The notes: generated by a model not told the origin, from the letters alone. A DNA stretch of 24,000 nucleotides from Alysiella filiformis (GCF_014054525.1 NZ_CP059564.1:48357-72356); one strand, 5' to 3'; counted from the first letter of the stretch, positions 1 to 9,368 are shown. Program-made: numbers and translations.

Positions 1-27
1 TTTAAATAATGCCATTTAAAGCAAAAC

Positions 28-55
28 AGGCTGCCTGAAACCTTTCAGGCAGCCT
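28..55. repeat. Inverted pair of DUS 12-mers forming a perfect 13-bp hairpin
   Basis: aggctgcctgaaa (28-40), cc, tttcaggcagcct (43-55). AGGCTGCCTGAA reads on + at 28-39 and on - at 44-55. Confidence 0.85.
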
Positions 56-82
56 TAAACTTTTGCAAAACTCAATTCGTAG

Positions 83-109
83 GGGCAGATTTCATATCTG
101 CCCTTTTTT
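83..109 (+). terminator. Rho-independent terminator-like hairpin inside the left inverted repeat
   Basis: gggcagat (83-90), loop ttcat, atctgccc (96-103), followed by tttttt (104-109). It would terminate a + strand gene lying left of the window. Confidence 0.55.
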
Positions 110-169
110 CAATTTATTGATAACGCGATTTCGGAATAAAAGTGATTGATAAATTTAAGTCACTTTGCT

Positions 170-202
170 CCCTCTCCCTGTGGGAGAGGGCTGGGGAGAG
201 GG
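170..202 (+). repeat. GC-rich hairpin repeat unit (CCCTCTCCC-loop-GGGAGAGGG plus CTGGGGAGAGGG tail)
   Basis: ccctctccc (170-178), tgt, gggagaggg (182-190): perfect 9-bp stem, then ctggggagaggg. Same architecture as the units at 4511-4546 and 4593-4628. Confidence 0.7.
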
Positions 203-217
203 TATGCTGCTCAACAA

Positions 218-254
218 GCCCTCTCTCCAACGCTTTCCCATAGGGAGAGAGGGC
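218..254. repeat. GC-rich hairpin repeat unit (11-bp stem)
   Basis: gccctctctcc (218-228) pairs with ggagagagggc (244-254); 15-nt loop. Confidence 0.6.
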
Positions 255-333
255 TGGTTTGTTGGCAAATTGACAGTGATTTATCCCGAGTTCACGTTAT
301 TGATAAAAATAAAAATTTCTGCAATTCTAAACA

Positions 334-354
334 GGGCAGATATGAAATCTGCCC
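334..354 (-). terminator. Hairpin in the right inverted repeat; possible weak terminator for rtcR
   Basis: gggcagat / atgaa / atctgccc, 43 nt downstream of the rtcR stop. On the minus strand it is followed only by tgttt, a weak U tail. Confidence 0.35.
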
Positions 355-396
355 CTACAAACCGAGTTTTGCAAAAGTTTCAGCCTGTTGCCGCAT

Positions 397-2004
397 TCAC
401 ACATCAATATCTTGCCATGTTAAACCGAATTTTGCCAAATATTTGCGTAAGCGGTCGCTGTCGTTGGGCTTGGCTTTTGCCAAACGCGATACGCCAAACA
501 AAGCCCGCCCAGCGTCTGCCAAATTTTTGTGTTGGCGACACACCGCCAGCACATTTGCCAACTGCATTTTGTCAAATTCGTCCCATTGTGCCGCGTTCAC
601 TTTTTCAGGCAGCCTGAAATGCGTTTTTTGCGGATTTTCAACATCTTGCCACAAATATTTCAACCGCTCAATTTCCGCTTGCACCAATTCCAGCGAAATG
701 CGTCCCTGCGGTGCCAGCGTTGCCAAACGCATGATGCTCGCCGCCAAATCACGAAAATTGCCACGCCAAAGTGCCTGTTCGGAAAGCGCAAAATCCAAAT
801 ACGCCGCCTGCGCCTCACGATTAAAGCGCGTGGCACGCCCCAATTCCTGCGACACCAACGCCAGTTGATGCACAATATTCGGCTCAATGTCTTCGCGCCG
901 CTCGCACAGGCTGGGCAGACGATAATGCCAAATATTGATGCGCGCAAACAAATCTTCCCGAAACCGCCCTGCCCGCACTTCGTGGCGCAAATCGCGGTTG
1001 GTGCCCGCAATCAGTTGAAACGATGAGCTGACTTCGCTGTCGCTGCCCACAGGATAAAAGCGTTTTTCTTCAATGGCTTTGAGCAACATGGCTTGTTCGT
1101 CCAAGCCCAATTCGCCAATTTCATCCAAAAACAACACGCCTTGGTCGGCGGTTTTCAGCCAGCCATCGCGTTTGTCGGCTGCGCCTGTGAATGCGCCTTT
1201 TTTGTGTCCAAACAAGGCACTGGCAGCCCCATCGCCACGCAAAACCGCACAATTCACATCAACAAAGCTGCCTGAAACCCAATGCCGCGCCTTTTTCAAT
1301 TCATAAATGCGCCGTGCCAACATGGATTTGCCCGCGCCCGTTGCACCGCTCAACAAAATCGGCGATGGCGAATTGAGTGCCACCTGTTCAATTTCAGCAA
1401 TCATTTGATTAAACTGCGGATTTTGGGTAGAAATGCCGCTTTTCAAATACAAAACCGCGTCATCGCGCACCGCCGCCAAACGTTGCGCCAAAGCATCGTA
1501 TCGCGCCAAATCCAAATCAATGATTTCAATCGCGCCCACATCGCCTGTGTCCATGCTTTTATTCTGATTTTTTGGGGGAGACGTTTGCAGCAGCACAGAC
1601 GGAATTTGCCGACTTTCCACCAGCAAAAACAAGCAAATTTGGGCAACGTGTGTGCCTGTTGTGATGTGGGTCAGATAGTTTTCATTATCCAAATCAAAAT
1701 GATAAGCAGACGACCAATCGTGTAAAGCGGTGTACACTTCACTGAAATCCCACGGATTTGCCAATTCAAGCGGCACAAAATTGACTTCGGTTTCGGGCGA
1801 AACCTGCTGAATGTCCGCCCGAACCTGTTTTGCCAAGCCCCAAAATTTTTCCTGAATAAACAATTCCATGCGATGTATGTGAAAATCATCGCGCTGATTC
1901 ATGGCGATATTGGGTCGCCATTTGCGCCAACGCCCATCACCACGACTTTGCACCGCGTCCAGCACCGTCCCCAAAAATCCGATGACGACATTTTGTTTTT
2001 TCAT
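397..2004 (-). CDS. rtcR: RtcR, sigma54-dependent transcriptional activator with N-terminal CARF-like RtcR domain
   Basis: 535 aa, colinear with E. coli RtcR as I recall it: N-terminus MKKQNVVIGFLGTVLD, HITTGTHVAQICLFLL, Walker A GATGAGKS, GAFTGA loop (GHKKGAFTGA), C-terminal RLRKYLAKFGLTW. Its ATG overlaps the apbE stop (ATGA at 2001-2004). Confidence 0.9.
   Translation of the reverse strand: MKKQNVVIGFLGTVLDAVQSRGDGRWRKWRPNIAMNQRDDFHIHRMELFIQEKFWGLAKQVRADIQQVSPETEVNFVPLELANPWDFSEVYTALHDWSSAYHFDLDNENYLTHITTGTHVAQICLFLLVESRQIPSVLLQTSPPKNQNKSMDTGDVGAIEIIDLDLARYDALAQRLAAVRDDAVLYLKSGISTQNPQFNQMIAEIEQVALNSPSPILLSGATGAGKSMLARRIYELKKARHWVSGSFVDVNCAVLRGDGAASALFGHKKGAFTGAADKRDGWLKTADQGVLFLDEIGELGLDEQAMLLKAIEEKRFYPVGSDSEVSSSFQLIAGTNRDLRHEVRAGRFREDLFARINIWHYRLPSLCERREDIEPNIVHQLALVSQELGRATRFNREAQAAYLDFALSEQALWRGNFRDLAASIMRLATLAPQGRISLELVQAEIERLKYLWQDVENPQKTHFRLPEKVNAAQWDEFDKMQLANVLAVCRQHKNLADAGRALFGVSRLAKAKPNDSDRLRKYLAKFGLTWQDIDV
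604..618. repeat. DUS palindrome TTCAGGCAGCCTGAA
   Basis: Exact 15-mer inside rtcR; encodes FRLPE in frame. Confidence 0.85.
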
Positions 2005-3053
2005 TTTTTTATCAAAAATTTATCAAATTCAGATGATTGTTTGGTTTCAAAACCATTGGGGGTTTTTACAATCAAGAAAATCGCCAATTTTTCGCGTTCC
2101 GCCACGCGCAAGGCTTCGGTTTCGCCCAACACATACAAGCCCGTTGCCAAGCCATCTGCCGTCATGGTGTTGTCTGCCACCACGCTGATGGAGGCGAGAT
2201 TGTGGCTAATCGGCTGCTGCGTTTTGGGATTGATGATGTGCGACAAGCGTTTGCCGCTTTCATCGGTGTGAAAATTGCGGTAATCGCCCGAAGTTGCCAA
2301 AGCGCGATTGTCCAAAGCCACCACCACTTGACTGTTTTGCTGTTGCGCCAAACTGGGCTGTTCAATGCCAACTGCCCATGTTTTTCCTTGAATATTCTTG
2401 CCTTTACCGCGCAATTCGCCACCAATTTCCACCAAATAATCTGCCACGCCCAAGCTGTCCAAATGCTGCGCCACTTTGTCTACGCCGAAACCTTTGGCGA
2501 TTGCCGACAAATCCACATACACGCCGTCCACCGTTTTGCCCAAAGTGGCTTTGGCGTTTTCAGGCTGCCTGAAAAGCAGTTTGTCCAAGCCAACCATTTG
2601 ATTGGCTTTGGCTAATTCTGCTGGCGTGGGCGATTTGTTCACGCTTTTGTCTGCGCCAAAGCCCCACAAATTGACCAAAGCCCCCACGGTAACGTCCAAT
2701 GCGCCTTCGGTTACGCCATTCAAGCGTATGGCTTCTGCCAACACGGTGGCAAAATCGGCAGAAATCGGCATGGCATTTGCGCTGGCAGGCATTTGGTTAA
2801 ATTGGCTGATTTCGGAATTTTTGTCATAAGTGGACATTTGCCGATTCACTTCTTTCAATAAATCGTCAATTTGTTGCTGCACCGTGTGGCTTTCAGGCAG
2901 CTTTTGATGGGGCTGCGCGATGTATTTGACGGTGTAAGTCGTCCCCATGGTTTTGCCGTTGAGCGTGGTCATTTCGGCTTGGGGTTGCGGTTGGCAGGCA
3001 ATCAGCACAGTGCTGGCGATTGCTGCGAAAAAAAGTTTAAGTTTTTGTTTCAT
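2001..3053 (-). CDS. apbE: ApbE-family FAD:protein FMN transferase (flavinylates NqrB/NqrC), lipoprotein
   Basis: 350 aa. Lipobox MKQKLKLFFAAIASTVLIAC. ApbE-type motifs (TSGDYRNF, GELRGKG). Sits directly downstream of nqrF, as in other NQR loci. Confidence 0.88.
   Translation of the reverse strand: MKQKLKLFFAAIASTVLIACQPQPQAEMTTLNGKTMGTTYTVKYIAQPHQKLPESHTVQQQIDDLLKEVNRQMSTYDKNSEISQFNQMPASANAMPISADFATVLAEAIRLNGVTEGALDVTVGALVNLWGFGADKSVNKSPTPAELAKANQMVGLDKLLFRQPENAKATLGKTVDGVYVDLSAIAKGFGVDKVAQHLDSLGVADYLVEIGGELRGKGKNIQGKTWAVGIEQPSLAQQQNSQVVVALDNRALATSGDYRNFHTDESGKRLSHIINPKTQQPISHNLASISVVADNTMTADGLATGLYVLGETEALRVAEREKLAIFLIVKTPNGFETKQSSEFDKFLIKK
2559..2573. repeat. DUS palindrome TTCAGGCTGCCTGAA
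   Basis: Exact 15-mer inside apbE; encodes FRQPE on the coding strand. Confidence 0.85.
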
Positions 3054-3146
3054 GATTGATGAATTTCAAAATAATACAAGGGTGCAATTTATTGCACCGT
3101 TCTCCTTATACAACACGACCAAAAACGTTCATTTTGTCGTGTACTT

Positions 3147-3161
3147 TTCAGGCTGCCTGAA
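3147..3161. repeat. DUS palindrome TTCAGGCTGCCTGAA
   Basis: Exact 15-mer in the nqrF-apbE intergenic region. Confidence 0.85.
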
Positions 3162-3194
3162 AACAAAAACAGGGAAAAGCAAACCACTTTTCCC
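3158..3194 (-). terminator. Intrinsic terminator-like hairpin just downstream of nqrF
   Basis: gggaaaag (3172-3179) pairs with cttttccc (3187-3194); 7-nt loop. On the minus strand it is followed by ctgtttttgtttt. The + strand side is also T-rich (cattttttctttt), so it may act in both directions. Confidence 0.5.
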
Positions 3195-3221
3195 CATTTT
3201 TTCTTTTCAGGCTGTCTGAAT

Positions 3222-4445
3222 TTAGCCGCCAAAATCGTCCAACAAGATGTTTTCGTCTTCCACGCCCAAATCTTTGAGCATTTTAATCACAGACGCATTC
3301 ATAATCGGTGGACCACACATATAAAATTCACAATCTTCTGGGGCTTCATGATTTTTCAGATGATTTTCATAAACCACATTGTGAATGAAACCCGTGTAGC
3401 CGTCCCAATTATCATCAGGTTGAGGGTCGGATAAGGCAACGTGCCATTTGAAATTGGGAAATTCTGCCGCAAGCTGGTCAAAATCTTCCACATAAAACAT
3501 TTCGCGTTTGGAACGTGCGCCATACCAGAACGTGATTTTGCGTTTGGATTTCAAACGTTTAAGCTGGTCAAAAATGTGCGAACGCATCGGTGCCATACCT
3601 GCACCACCACCAATGAACACCATTTCCGCGTCCGTGTCTTTGGCAAAAAATTCTCCAAAAGGTCCTGAAATCGTTACCTTATCGCCCGCTTTCAAAGACC
3701 AAATGTAAGACGACATTTGCCCTGGTGGTACATCGGGATTATTGGGTGGTGGCGTGGCAATGCGCACGTTGAGCATGATAATCCCCTTTTCTTCGGGATA
3801 CGATGCCATGGAATAGGCACGGATAATCGGCTCATCCACTTTGGATTCATAACGCCACAAATTGAATTTGTTCCAATCTTCGTGATATTCTTCTGGAATA
3901 TCATAATCTTGGTATTTAACCGTGTGCGCTGGGGCTTCAATTTGAATGTAGCCACCTGCACGGAATGGCACTTCCTCGCCTTCGGGAATCGCCAGTTTCA
4001 ACTCTTTGATGAAAGTCGCTTTGTTGTCGTTGGAAATGACGGTACATTCCCATTTTTTCACGCCAAACACTTCTTCTGACACTTCCACTTCCATGTCGCT
4101 TTTCACGTTTACTTGGCAAGACAAACGGCAACCTTCGGCGGCTTCACGTTTACTGATGTGCGACAATTCGGTGGGCAAAATGTCGCCGCCACCGCTTTTC
4201 ACTTTCACTTTGCATTGACCGCAAGAGCCACCACCGCCACAAGCCGATGACACAAAAATGCCTTTGCTCGCCAAAGCACCCAACAATTTACCGCCAGCAG
4301 GCAGGGTAATTGCCTTTTCGGGGTCGTTGTTGATGTTGATGGTGATGTCGCCCGAATTGACCAATTTGGCTTTGGCAAACAAAATCATCAATGCCAACAC
4401 CACAATCAGCACGGTAAACATCACAATGCCTAAAATAATTTCCAT
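3222..4445 (-). CDS. nqrF: Na+-translocating NADH:quinone oxidoreductase subunit F
   Basis: Near-colinear with Vibrio NqrF: 2Fe-2S ferredoxin motif [24 protein letters not shown] (FAD), [14 protein letters not shown] (NADH), C-terminal LLDDFGG. I start it at the ATG at 4445, preceded by GGGAGAA, not the TTG at 4460. Confidence 0.95.
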   Translation of the reverse strand: MEIILGIVMFTVLIVVLALMILFAKAKLVNSGDITININNDPEKAITLPAGGKLLGALASKGIFVSSACGGGGSCGQCKVKVKSGGGDILPTELSHISKREAAEGCRLSCQVNVKSDMEVEVSEEVFGVKKWECTVISNDNKATFIKELKLAIPEGEEVPFRAGGYIQIEAPAHTVKYQDYDIPEEYHEDWNKFNLWRYESKVDEPIIRAYSMASYPEEKGIIMLNVRIATPPPNNPDVPPGQMSSYIWSLKAGDKVTISGPFGEFFAKDTDAEMVFIGGGAGMAPMRSHIFDQLKRLKSKRKITFWYGARSKREMFYVEDFDQLAAEFPNFKWHVALSDPQPDDNWDGYTGFIHNVVYENHLKNHEAPEDCEFYMCGPPIMNASVIKMLKDLGVEDENILLDDFGG

Positions 4446-4478
4446 TGAATTTTCTCCCAAAATAAGGATTTTTGGTGT

Positions 4479-4667
4479 TTCAGCCTGCCTGAAAGGTTAG
4501 CCCCCTTTACCCCTCCCCTGCTTGCGGGGGAGGGCTGGGGTGGGGGAAGTTACTGCACAAACAAAATGATTGCGTTAAATGCGAAGGTCTAACCCCCACC
4601 CTAACCCTCCCCCTTCATAGGGGGAGGGACAAAATCGTGGCACGTTGCCATTTTCAGGCAGCCTGAA
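4479..4667. repeat. DUS-bounded repeat element inserted between nqrF and nqrE
   Basis: ttcagcctgcctgaa (4479-4493, one mismatch) and ttcaggcagcctgaa (4653-4667) bracket two inverted GC-rich hairpin units. Unit 1 at 4511-4546: ccctcccc / ggggaggg plus ctggggtggggg. Unit 2 at 4593-4628: cccccaccctaa plus ccctccccc / gggggaggg. Confidence 0.7.
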
Positions 4668-4685
4668 AAGCCATTTTCCCTTATT

Positions 4686-5282
4686 TTACAACTGAATACC
4701 CGAAAACGACATAAAGCCCAAAGCCATCAAGCCGCCACTGATAAAGGTAATGCCCAAACCGCGCAAGCCTTTTGGCACATCGGCGTATTTCAATTTTTCG
4801 GTGATGCCTGCCAAAGCAACAATCGCCAACATCCAGCCCAAGCCCGCGCCCACGCCATACACGGCAGATTCCACAAAGCCATAATCGCGTTGCACCATAA
4901 ACGATACACCACCAAAAATCGCACAGTTTACCGTGATGAGCGGCAAGAAAATGCCCAAAGCGTTATAAAGTGCAGGGAAATATTTGTCCAAAATCATTTC
5001 CAAAATCTGCACAATCGCGGCAATCACACCAATGAATGTGATGAATTTCAAAAACGACAAATCCACACCTTGTGCCAACGCGCTGTCTTTCAACACCAGC
5101 GAATACACCAACTGGTTGGCTGGCACCGAAATTGCCAACACCACCGTTACCGCCACGCCCAAACCAAATGCGGTGGAAATTTTCTTGGACACCGCCAAAA
5201 AGGTACACATGCCCAAGAAAAACGACAATGCCATATTTTCAATAAACACGGCTTTAACAAAAATGCTCAATAATTGTTCCAT
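4686..5282 (-). CDS. nqrE: Na+-NQR subunit E
   Basis: 198 aa polytopic membrane protein: [22 protein letters not shown] ... [13 protein letters not shown] ... FMSFSGIQL, as in Vibrio NqrE. Confidence 0.95.
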   Translation of the reverse strand: MEQLLSIFVKAVFIENMALSFFLGMCTFLAVSKKISTAFGLGVAVTVVLAISVPANQLVYSLVLKDSALAQGVDLSFLKFITFIGVIAAIVQILEMILDKYFPALYNALGIFLPLITVNCAIFGGVSFMVQRDYGFVESAVYGVGAGLGWMLAIVALAGITEKLKYADVPKGLRGLGITFISGGLMALGFMSFSGIQL

Positions 5283-5284
5283 GT

Positions 5285-5911
5285 TTATTTCTCCGCTTGT
5301 TCAGGTTTCCAAGTGCGTAATCCCCACACCAAAAAACCGATGATGAAAAACGCACTGGGCGCAAGCAAAAACAAACCATTGGCTTGATACCAACCGCCAT
5401 TTTGCACGGTTTGGAAAATTTCAATGCCAAACCATTTGCCCGAACCCACCAATTCACGAATGCTGGCAACAATCATCAACATCATGCCATAGCCCAAGCC
5501 TTGACCCAAGCCATCTACAAAACTTTCCACAGGTGGCTCTTTCATGGCAAAGGCTTCGGCACGACCCATGACAATGCAGTTTGTGATGATTAAGCCCACA
5601 AAAACAGACAGTTGCTTGGACAATTCATACGCAAAGGCTTGCAAAACTTGGTCCACCAACGTTACCAAAGACGCGATAATCGCCATTTGCACGATAATGC
5701 GTATGCTGTTGGGAATGTAGTTGCGAATCAATGAGATGAAAAAGCTGGAACAGCCCGTAACCAACGCCACCGAAATGCCCATAACCACCGCCGTTTTCAT
5801 TTGCGTGGTTACAGCCAGCGCGGAACACACGCCCAACACTTGCAAGGCAATGGGGTTGTTTTTAATAAAAGGCGAAAAGAATAATTCTTTCAATCGTTTG
5901 GAATCAGCCAT
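5285..5911 (-). CDS. nqrD: Na+-NQR subunit D
   Basis: 208 aa; [19 protein letters not shown] and [16 protein letters not shown] motifs. Its start overlaps the nqrC stop (TAATG). Confidence 0.95.
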   Translation of the reverse strand: MADSKRLKELFFSPFIKNNPIALQVLGVCSALAVTTQMKTAVVMGISVALVTGCSSFFISLIRNYIPNSIRIIVQMAIIASLVTLVDQVLQAFAYELSKQLSVFVGLIITNCIVMGRAEAFAMKEPPVESFVDGLGQGLGYGMMLMIVASIRELVGSGKWFGIEIFQTVQNGGWYQANGLFLLAPSAFFIIGFLVWGLRTWKPEQAEK

Positions 5912-6681
5912 TATTTTGCTCCTGCCTTAATTTTGTTCAAATAAGGGGCGTAACCGTTTTCGCTGAACCAGTATTTGAAGGAGTTGTTCACGCCTTTGCT
6001 GGTCATGGTTGCGCCTGATAAGCCATCTACGCCGTGTGCTTGGTCGGCTGATGCGCCTTTGCCCACTTTAATTGCCACTTCGCCATTGTCGGCATACAAT
6101 TTTTTGCCAACAAAATTCTTTTGCCACAATGGGTTGGCAATTTCCCCACCCAAACCTGCGGTTTCGCCTTGTTCGTAGTAGGTGATGCCGTTGATGGTGT
6201 TGCCATCGGCTTGCACCGCCACAAAACCATACATGATGGACCACAAGCCACTGCCGTGCATGGGCAACACGATTTGTTCCACTTTGCCGCTCTCGTCTTT
6301 AATCAAAAAGACTTCTGCATATTTGGCGCGACTTTGAATATTGGCAATGTCTTGGTCTTTGGGAATGACCACGTTTTGTTTGGGGTCTTTGGCGGCGGCG
6401 CGCGCGTCAAAATCTTTCACGTCCACATAATCGCCCGTTGCCAAATCCACCACGCGCGGCTCCACGCGTTGGGCGTAAATTTGCTTAATATCGGCATTCA
6501 GGCTGCCTGAAAGCAAACCTGCTGCCTGTAAAATGTTTTTCTGTTTGTCCAACAATTTCTTTTCGTTTTGTGTGGGTTTCAAGCCAACCGCCGCGCCTGC
6601 CACCACCACCGAACAAACCAAACTAATCGCCAACACAATGCCCATTGTGCCGCCGAAACTGTCTTTATCAAATTTAGCCAT
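5911..6681 (-). CDS. nqrC: Na+-NQR subunit C (FMN-binding)
   Basis: Start at MAKFDKDSF; this ATG overlaps the nqrB stop (cATGGCTAA). Flavinylation motif [12 protein letters not shown] and [13 protein letters not shown]. Confidence 0.93.
   Translation of the reverse strand: MAKFDKDSFGGTMGIVLAISLVCSVVVAGAAVGLKPTQNEKKLLDKQKNILQAAGLLSGSLNADIKQIYAQRVEPRVVDLATGDYVDVKDFDARAAAKDPKQNVVIPKDQDIANIQSRAKYAEVFLIKDESGKVEQIVLPMHGSGLWSIMYGFVAVQADGNTINGITYYEQGETAGLGGEIANPLWQKNFVGKKLYADNGEVAIKVGKGASADQAHGVDGLSGATMTSKGVNNSFKYWFSENGYAPYLNKIKAGAK
6497..6511. repeat. DUS palindrome TTCAGGCTGCCTGAA
   Basis: Exact 15-mer inside nqrC; encodes SGSLN. Confidence 0.85.
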
Positions 6682-7906
6682 GACGTGCCTTTCTGCGTTT
6701 GATGTTGGCGCGAACCACCAAATTGTCAAAAATCGGAGCAAACAAGTTGGCAAACAAAATCGCCAACATCATGCCTTCGGGATAGGCGGGATTGACCACG
6801 CGAATCAACACGCACATCACGCCAATCAATGCGCCATACCACCATTTGCCCACATTGGTAAAGGCGGCAGACACGGGGTCGGTTGCCATAAAAATCATGC
6901 CAATGGCAAAGCCGCCCAACACCAAATGCCAATACCAAGGCATGGCAAACATGGGGTTGGTTTGCGAATCAATCGCGTTAAACAGCAAAGAAGTTGCCAC
7001 CATGCCCAACATCACGCCAGCAATAATGCGCCAAGACGCAATGCGCGTGAATACGATGAACGCCCCACCAATCAACAACATCAAGGTGGACACTTCGCCC
7101 ACCGAACCAGGGATATTGCCGATGAATGCGTCCATCCAAGTAATGGGTGCGCCTGTGATGGTGTTTTTTAAGCCAGCCGCGCCTTCGCTTGCCCATTGCG
7201 ACAAGGCGGTTGCGCCTGAAAAGCCGTCCACAGCCGTCCAAACTTTATCGCCTGAAATTTGTGCGGGGTAAGCAAAAAACAAAAAGGCGCGTCCTGCCAA
7301 AGCGGGGTTCATGAAGTTTTTGCCTGTGCCGCCAAACACTTCTTTTGCCACCACCACGCCAAATGTGATGCCCAAAGCGGCTTGCCACAAAGGCAAAGTG
7401 GGCGGCACAATCAGCGCAAACAAAATGGACGTAACGAAAAAGCCTTCGTTGATTTCATGCTTGCGGACTGTGGCGAACAACACTTCCCAAAAACCGCCCA
7501 CAATGAACACGGTCAAATAAATTGGCACAAAGAAAATCGCACCCAACAGCATTTTGCTGAACCAGCCTGCGCTGGCGGTTAAATTCACGCCAATCGCGTT
7601 TGCCAAAGCAAAATGCCAATTATTGGCGATGTTGGCTTGCAACAAATCCAAATGGTTGGCTGCCTGAATGGATTGCGCCCCCACATTGTACATGCCATAA
7701 AACATGGCAGGAAACAATGCCAACCACACCAAAATCATCATGCGTTTGCTGTCCAAAGCATCGCGTACATGGCTGGCTTGGCGCGTTACCGTGCCTTGTG
7801 TGTAAAACACGGTGGCAACCGCCTCGTAAAGCGGATACCATTTTTCGTATTTTGCGCCTTTGTGAAACTGGGGTTCAATTTTTTCTAAAAAATGTTTCAA
7901 GCCCAT
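6674..7906 (-). CDS. nqrB: Na+-NQR subunit B
   Basis: 410 aa polytopic membrane protein; FMN attachment motif [11 protein letters not shown]; N-terminus [29 protein letters not shown] is typical of NqrB. Confidence 0.95.
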   Translation of the reverse strand: MGLKHFLEKIEPQFHKGAKYEKWYPLYEAVATVFYTQGTVTRQASHVRDALDSKRMMILVWLALFPAMFYGMYNVGAQSIQAANHLDLLQANIANNWHFALANAIGVNLTASAGWFSKMLLGAIFFVPIYLTVFIVGGFWEVLFATVRKHEINEGFFVTSILFALIVPPTLPLWQAALGITFGVVVAKEVFGGTGKNFMNPALAGRAFLFFAYPAQISGDKVWTAVDGFSGATALSQWASEGAAGLKNTITGAPITWMDAFIGNIPGSVGEVSTLMLLIGGAFIVFTRIASWRIIAGVMLGMVATSLLFNAIDSQTNPMFAMPWYWHLVLGGFAIGMIFMATDPVSAAFTNVGKWWYGALIGVMCVLIRVVNPAYPEGMMLAILFANLFAPIFDNLVVRANIKRRKARHG

Positions 7907-7908
7907 GT

Positions 7909-9255
7909 TTAACCTTCTTTCTCAATCGTATTCAATACGTTACGCAACAGCGTGCCGTATTCGTATTTTCCTGGGCAAACAAAGCTGCACAATGCCAAAT
8001 CTTCTTCGTCCAATTCCAAGCAACCCAAGGCTTGTGCGCTGTCGGTGTCGCCCACGATTAAGTCGCGCAACAATAATGTGGGCAACAAATCCAAAGGCAT
8101 CACGCGTTCGTAAGTGCCAATCGGCACCATGGCGCGTTCGCCACCGTTTACGGCTGTGGTGAAATTGAACAATTTGTTTTTCAAAAAATGCCCCAATGTG
8201 GTGCGCGTAATCGTGAATTTTTCCGCACTTGGCACCACCCAACCGAGCAATTCTTTGGCGCGACCTTCTTCAATCACGGAAATTTGATTGTGGTAACGCC
8301 CCAAAAAGTCGTGTACGCCTGCGGCAATCGCGCCATTCAAAACCGAACCTGAAATGATGCGGTTTTCGCCACTTTTCAGGCTGCCTGAAACCAAATCGGA
8401 CACTTTCGCGCCCCAAATGGTGCGGATTAAACGTGGCTGTTCCACCTGCGGCCCTGCCAGCGAAATGACGCGGCGGCAATCCAATTCGCCCGTTGTGAAC
8501 AAATGCCCAATCGCCAACACATCTTGATAGCCGATGTGCCACACGGTTTTTTGGGCAGACACGGGTTCAATAAAATGAATGTGCGTGCCAACCAAACCTG
8601 CGGGGTGTACGCCACCAAATTCATGCACTTGCACATTGGCTGCCTGAACGCTGGGTAAAGTTGCACCTGCTTGTTTGCAAACGTGGATTTTGTTTTCGGT
8701 TAAACGGCTGATGGCGGTTAAACCGTTGATGAAATCGTCTGCGCGTTCATTGATGATTGCCACAGGATTGGCGGCGAGTGGATTGGTGTCCATCGCGTTC
8801 ACAAAAATCGCTTTGGGCGTGCTGTTTGGCGCGGGGATTTTGCTGAATGGGCGTGTGCGGAAACTTGTCCACAAACCCGATTGCAACAACTGTTCGCGTA
8901 CTTTTTCCGCGCTCAATTCGGCAATTTGGCTGCCTGAAAATGCGGCAAACGTGATTTGCTCATCGCCAGCCACATCAATCACAACCGCTTGCAACACGCG
9001 CTTTTCGCCACGATGAATCGCGCTGATTTTGCCCGATACGGGTGCGGTAAACACCACGCCCGCATTTTTCTTGTCTTCAAACAGCACTTGACCTTTTTTG
9101 ACCGTGTCGCCCTCTTGGACTTTCATGGTCGGTTTCATGCCCATGTATTCTTCGCCCAACACGGCGACTTGGCGCGGCGGTGGGCTGTCGTGTATTGTGG
9201 CTTGGTCGGGTTTGCCAGCAATGGGCAAATCCAAGCCTTTTTTGATGTTAATCAT
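7909..9255 (-). CDS. nqrA: Na+-NQR subunit A
   Basis: Start at [16 protein letters not shown] (the Vibrio NqrA N-terminus is [14 protein letters not shown]). C-terminus is [22 protein letters not shown]...IEKEG. The 19-codon upstream extension in the ORF track is rejected. Confidence 0.95.
   Translation of the reverse strand: MINIKKGLDLPIAGKPDQATIHDSPPPRQVAVLGEEYMGMKPTMKVQEGDTVKKGQVLFEDKKNAGVVFTAPVSGKISAIHRGEKRVLQAVVIDVAGDEQITFAAFSGSQIAELSAEKVREQLLQSGLWTSFRTRPFSKIPAPNSTPKAIFVNAMDTNPLAANPVAIINERADDFINGLTAISRLTENKIHVCKQAGATLPSVQAANVQVHEFGGVHPAGLVGTHIHFIEPVSAQKTVWHIGYQDVLAIGHLFTTGELDCRRVISLAGPQVEQPRLIRTIWGAKVSDLVSGSLKSGENRIISGSVLNGAIAAGVHDFLGRYHNQISVIEEGRAKELLGWVVPSAEKFTITRTTLGHFLKNKLFNFTTAVNGGERAMVPIGTYERVMPLDLLPTLLLRDLIVGDTDSAQALGCLELDEEDLALCSFVCPGKYEYGTLLRNVLNTIEKEG
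8375..8389. repeat. DUS palindrome TTCAGGCTGCCTGAA
   Basis: Exact 15-mer inside nqrA; encodes SGSLK. Confidence 0.85.
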
Positions 9256-9353
9256 GGTTGCGGTTCCGTGTAATTTTGAAACAAATCGCCCGATTTTAAC
9301 CCAAATGGACATGGCTTACCATATTTTTACGGTTCAGGTGGGATTTATGGCAT

Positions 9354-9368
9354 TTCAGGCAGCCTGAA
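9354..9368. repeat. DUS palindrome TTCAGGCAGCCTGAA, left edge of the AT-rich insert
   Basis: Exact 15-mer, same orientation as the copy at 11477-11491. Confidence 0.85.

Larger units (their letters stand above)
58..379. repeat. MITE-like composite repeat bounded by 47-nt inverted repeats
   Basis: 58-104 (aacttttgcaaaactcaattcgtaggggcagatttcatatctgccct) matches the reverse complement of 333-379 at 44/47 positions. The 228-bp interior holds two GC-rich hairpin units. No ORF with transposase features. Confidence 0.5.

Noticed and set aside
297-310. TTGATAAAAATAAA resembling an FNR box (TTGAT-N4-ATCAA)
   Set aside because: The right arm has a mismatch. The site lies inside the MITE-like repeat and is not upstream of any gene in a sensible orientation.
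146-868. 240-aa plus-strand ORF, along with other long ORFs such as 6533-7171 (+), 12541-13218 (+), 16673-17224 (-), 18890-19453 (-) and 20557-21165 (-)
   Set aside because: Each lies antisense to a gene with strong family-level motifs (rtcR, nqrB/C, tyrP, the speE-like gene, ispD, rpiA). Their translations are low-complexity (R/Q/H/C-rich). They are shadow ORFs. The 146-868 ORF also starts inside repeat DNA.
3206-3220. ttcaggctgtctgaa, containing GCTGTCTGAA, close to the Neisseria meningitidis-type DUS core GCCGTCTGAA
   Set aside because: It is a single C-to-T variant of the local palindrome and most simply a decayed local DUS, not evidence of a second dialect. The same applies to one-mismatch copies at 1266, 4479, 7657, 8637, 8927, 17510, 17957, 19641, 21044, 21478 and 23698.
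4638-4653. TGGCACGTTGCC resembling a sigma54 -24/-12 element (relevant because rtcR is present)
   Set aside because: The GG and GC elements are adjacent instead of separated by the required spacing (TGGCAC-N5-TTGC). The sequence also points antisense into the nqr operon. No other TGGCAC or GTGCCA site in the window had a correctly spaced TTGC.
9256-9312. N-terminal extensions offered by the ORF track for nqrA, and likewise for nqrC (6682-6753), nqrF (4446-4460, TTG), tpl (15382-15462), ispF (19983-20069), rpiA (20546-20587) and the DUF2130-like gene (18807-18839, GTG)
   Set aside because: Internal ATGs reproduce the canonical family N-termini, have better Shine-Dalgarno spacing, or overlap the upstream stop codon. 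Several extensions run through DUS or repeat sequence.
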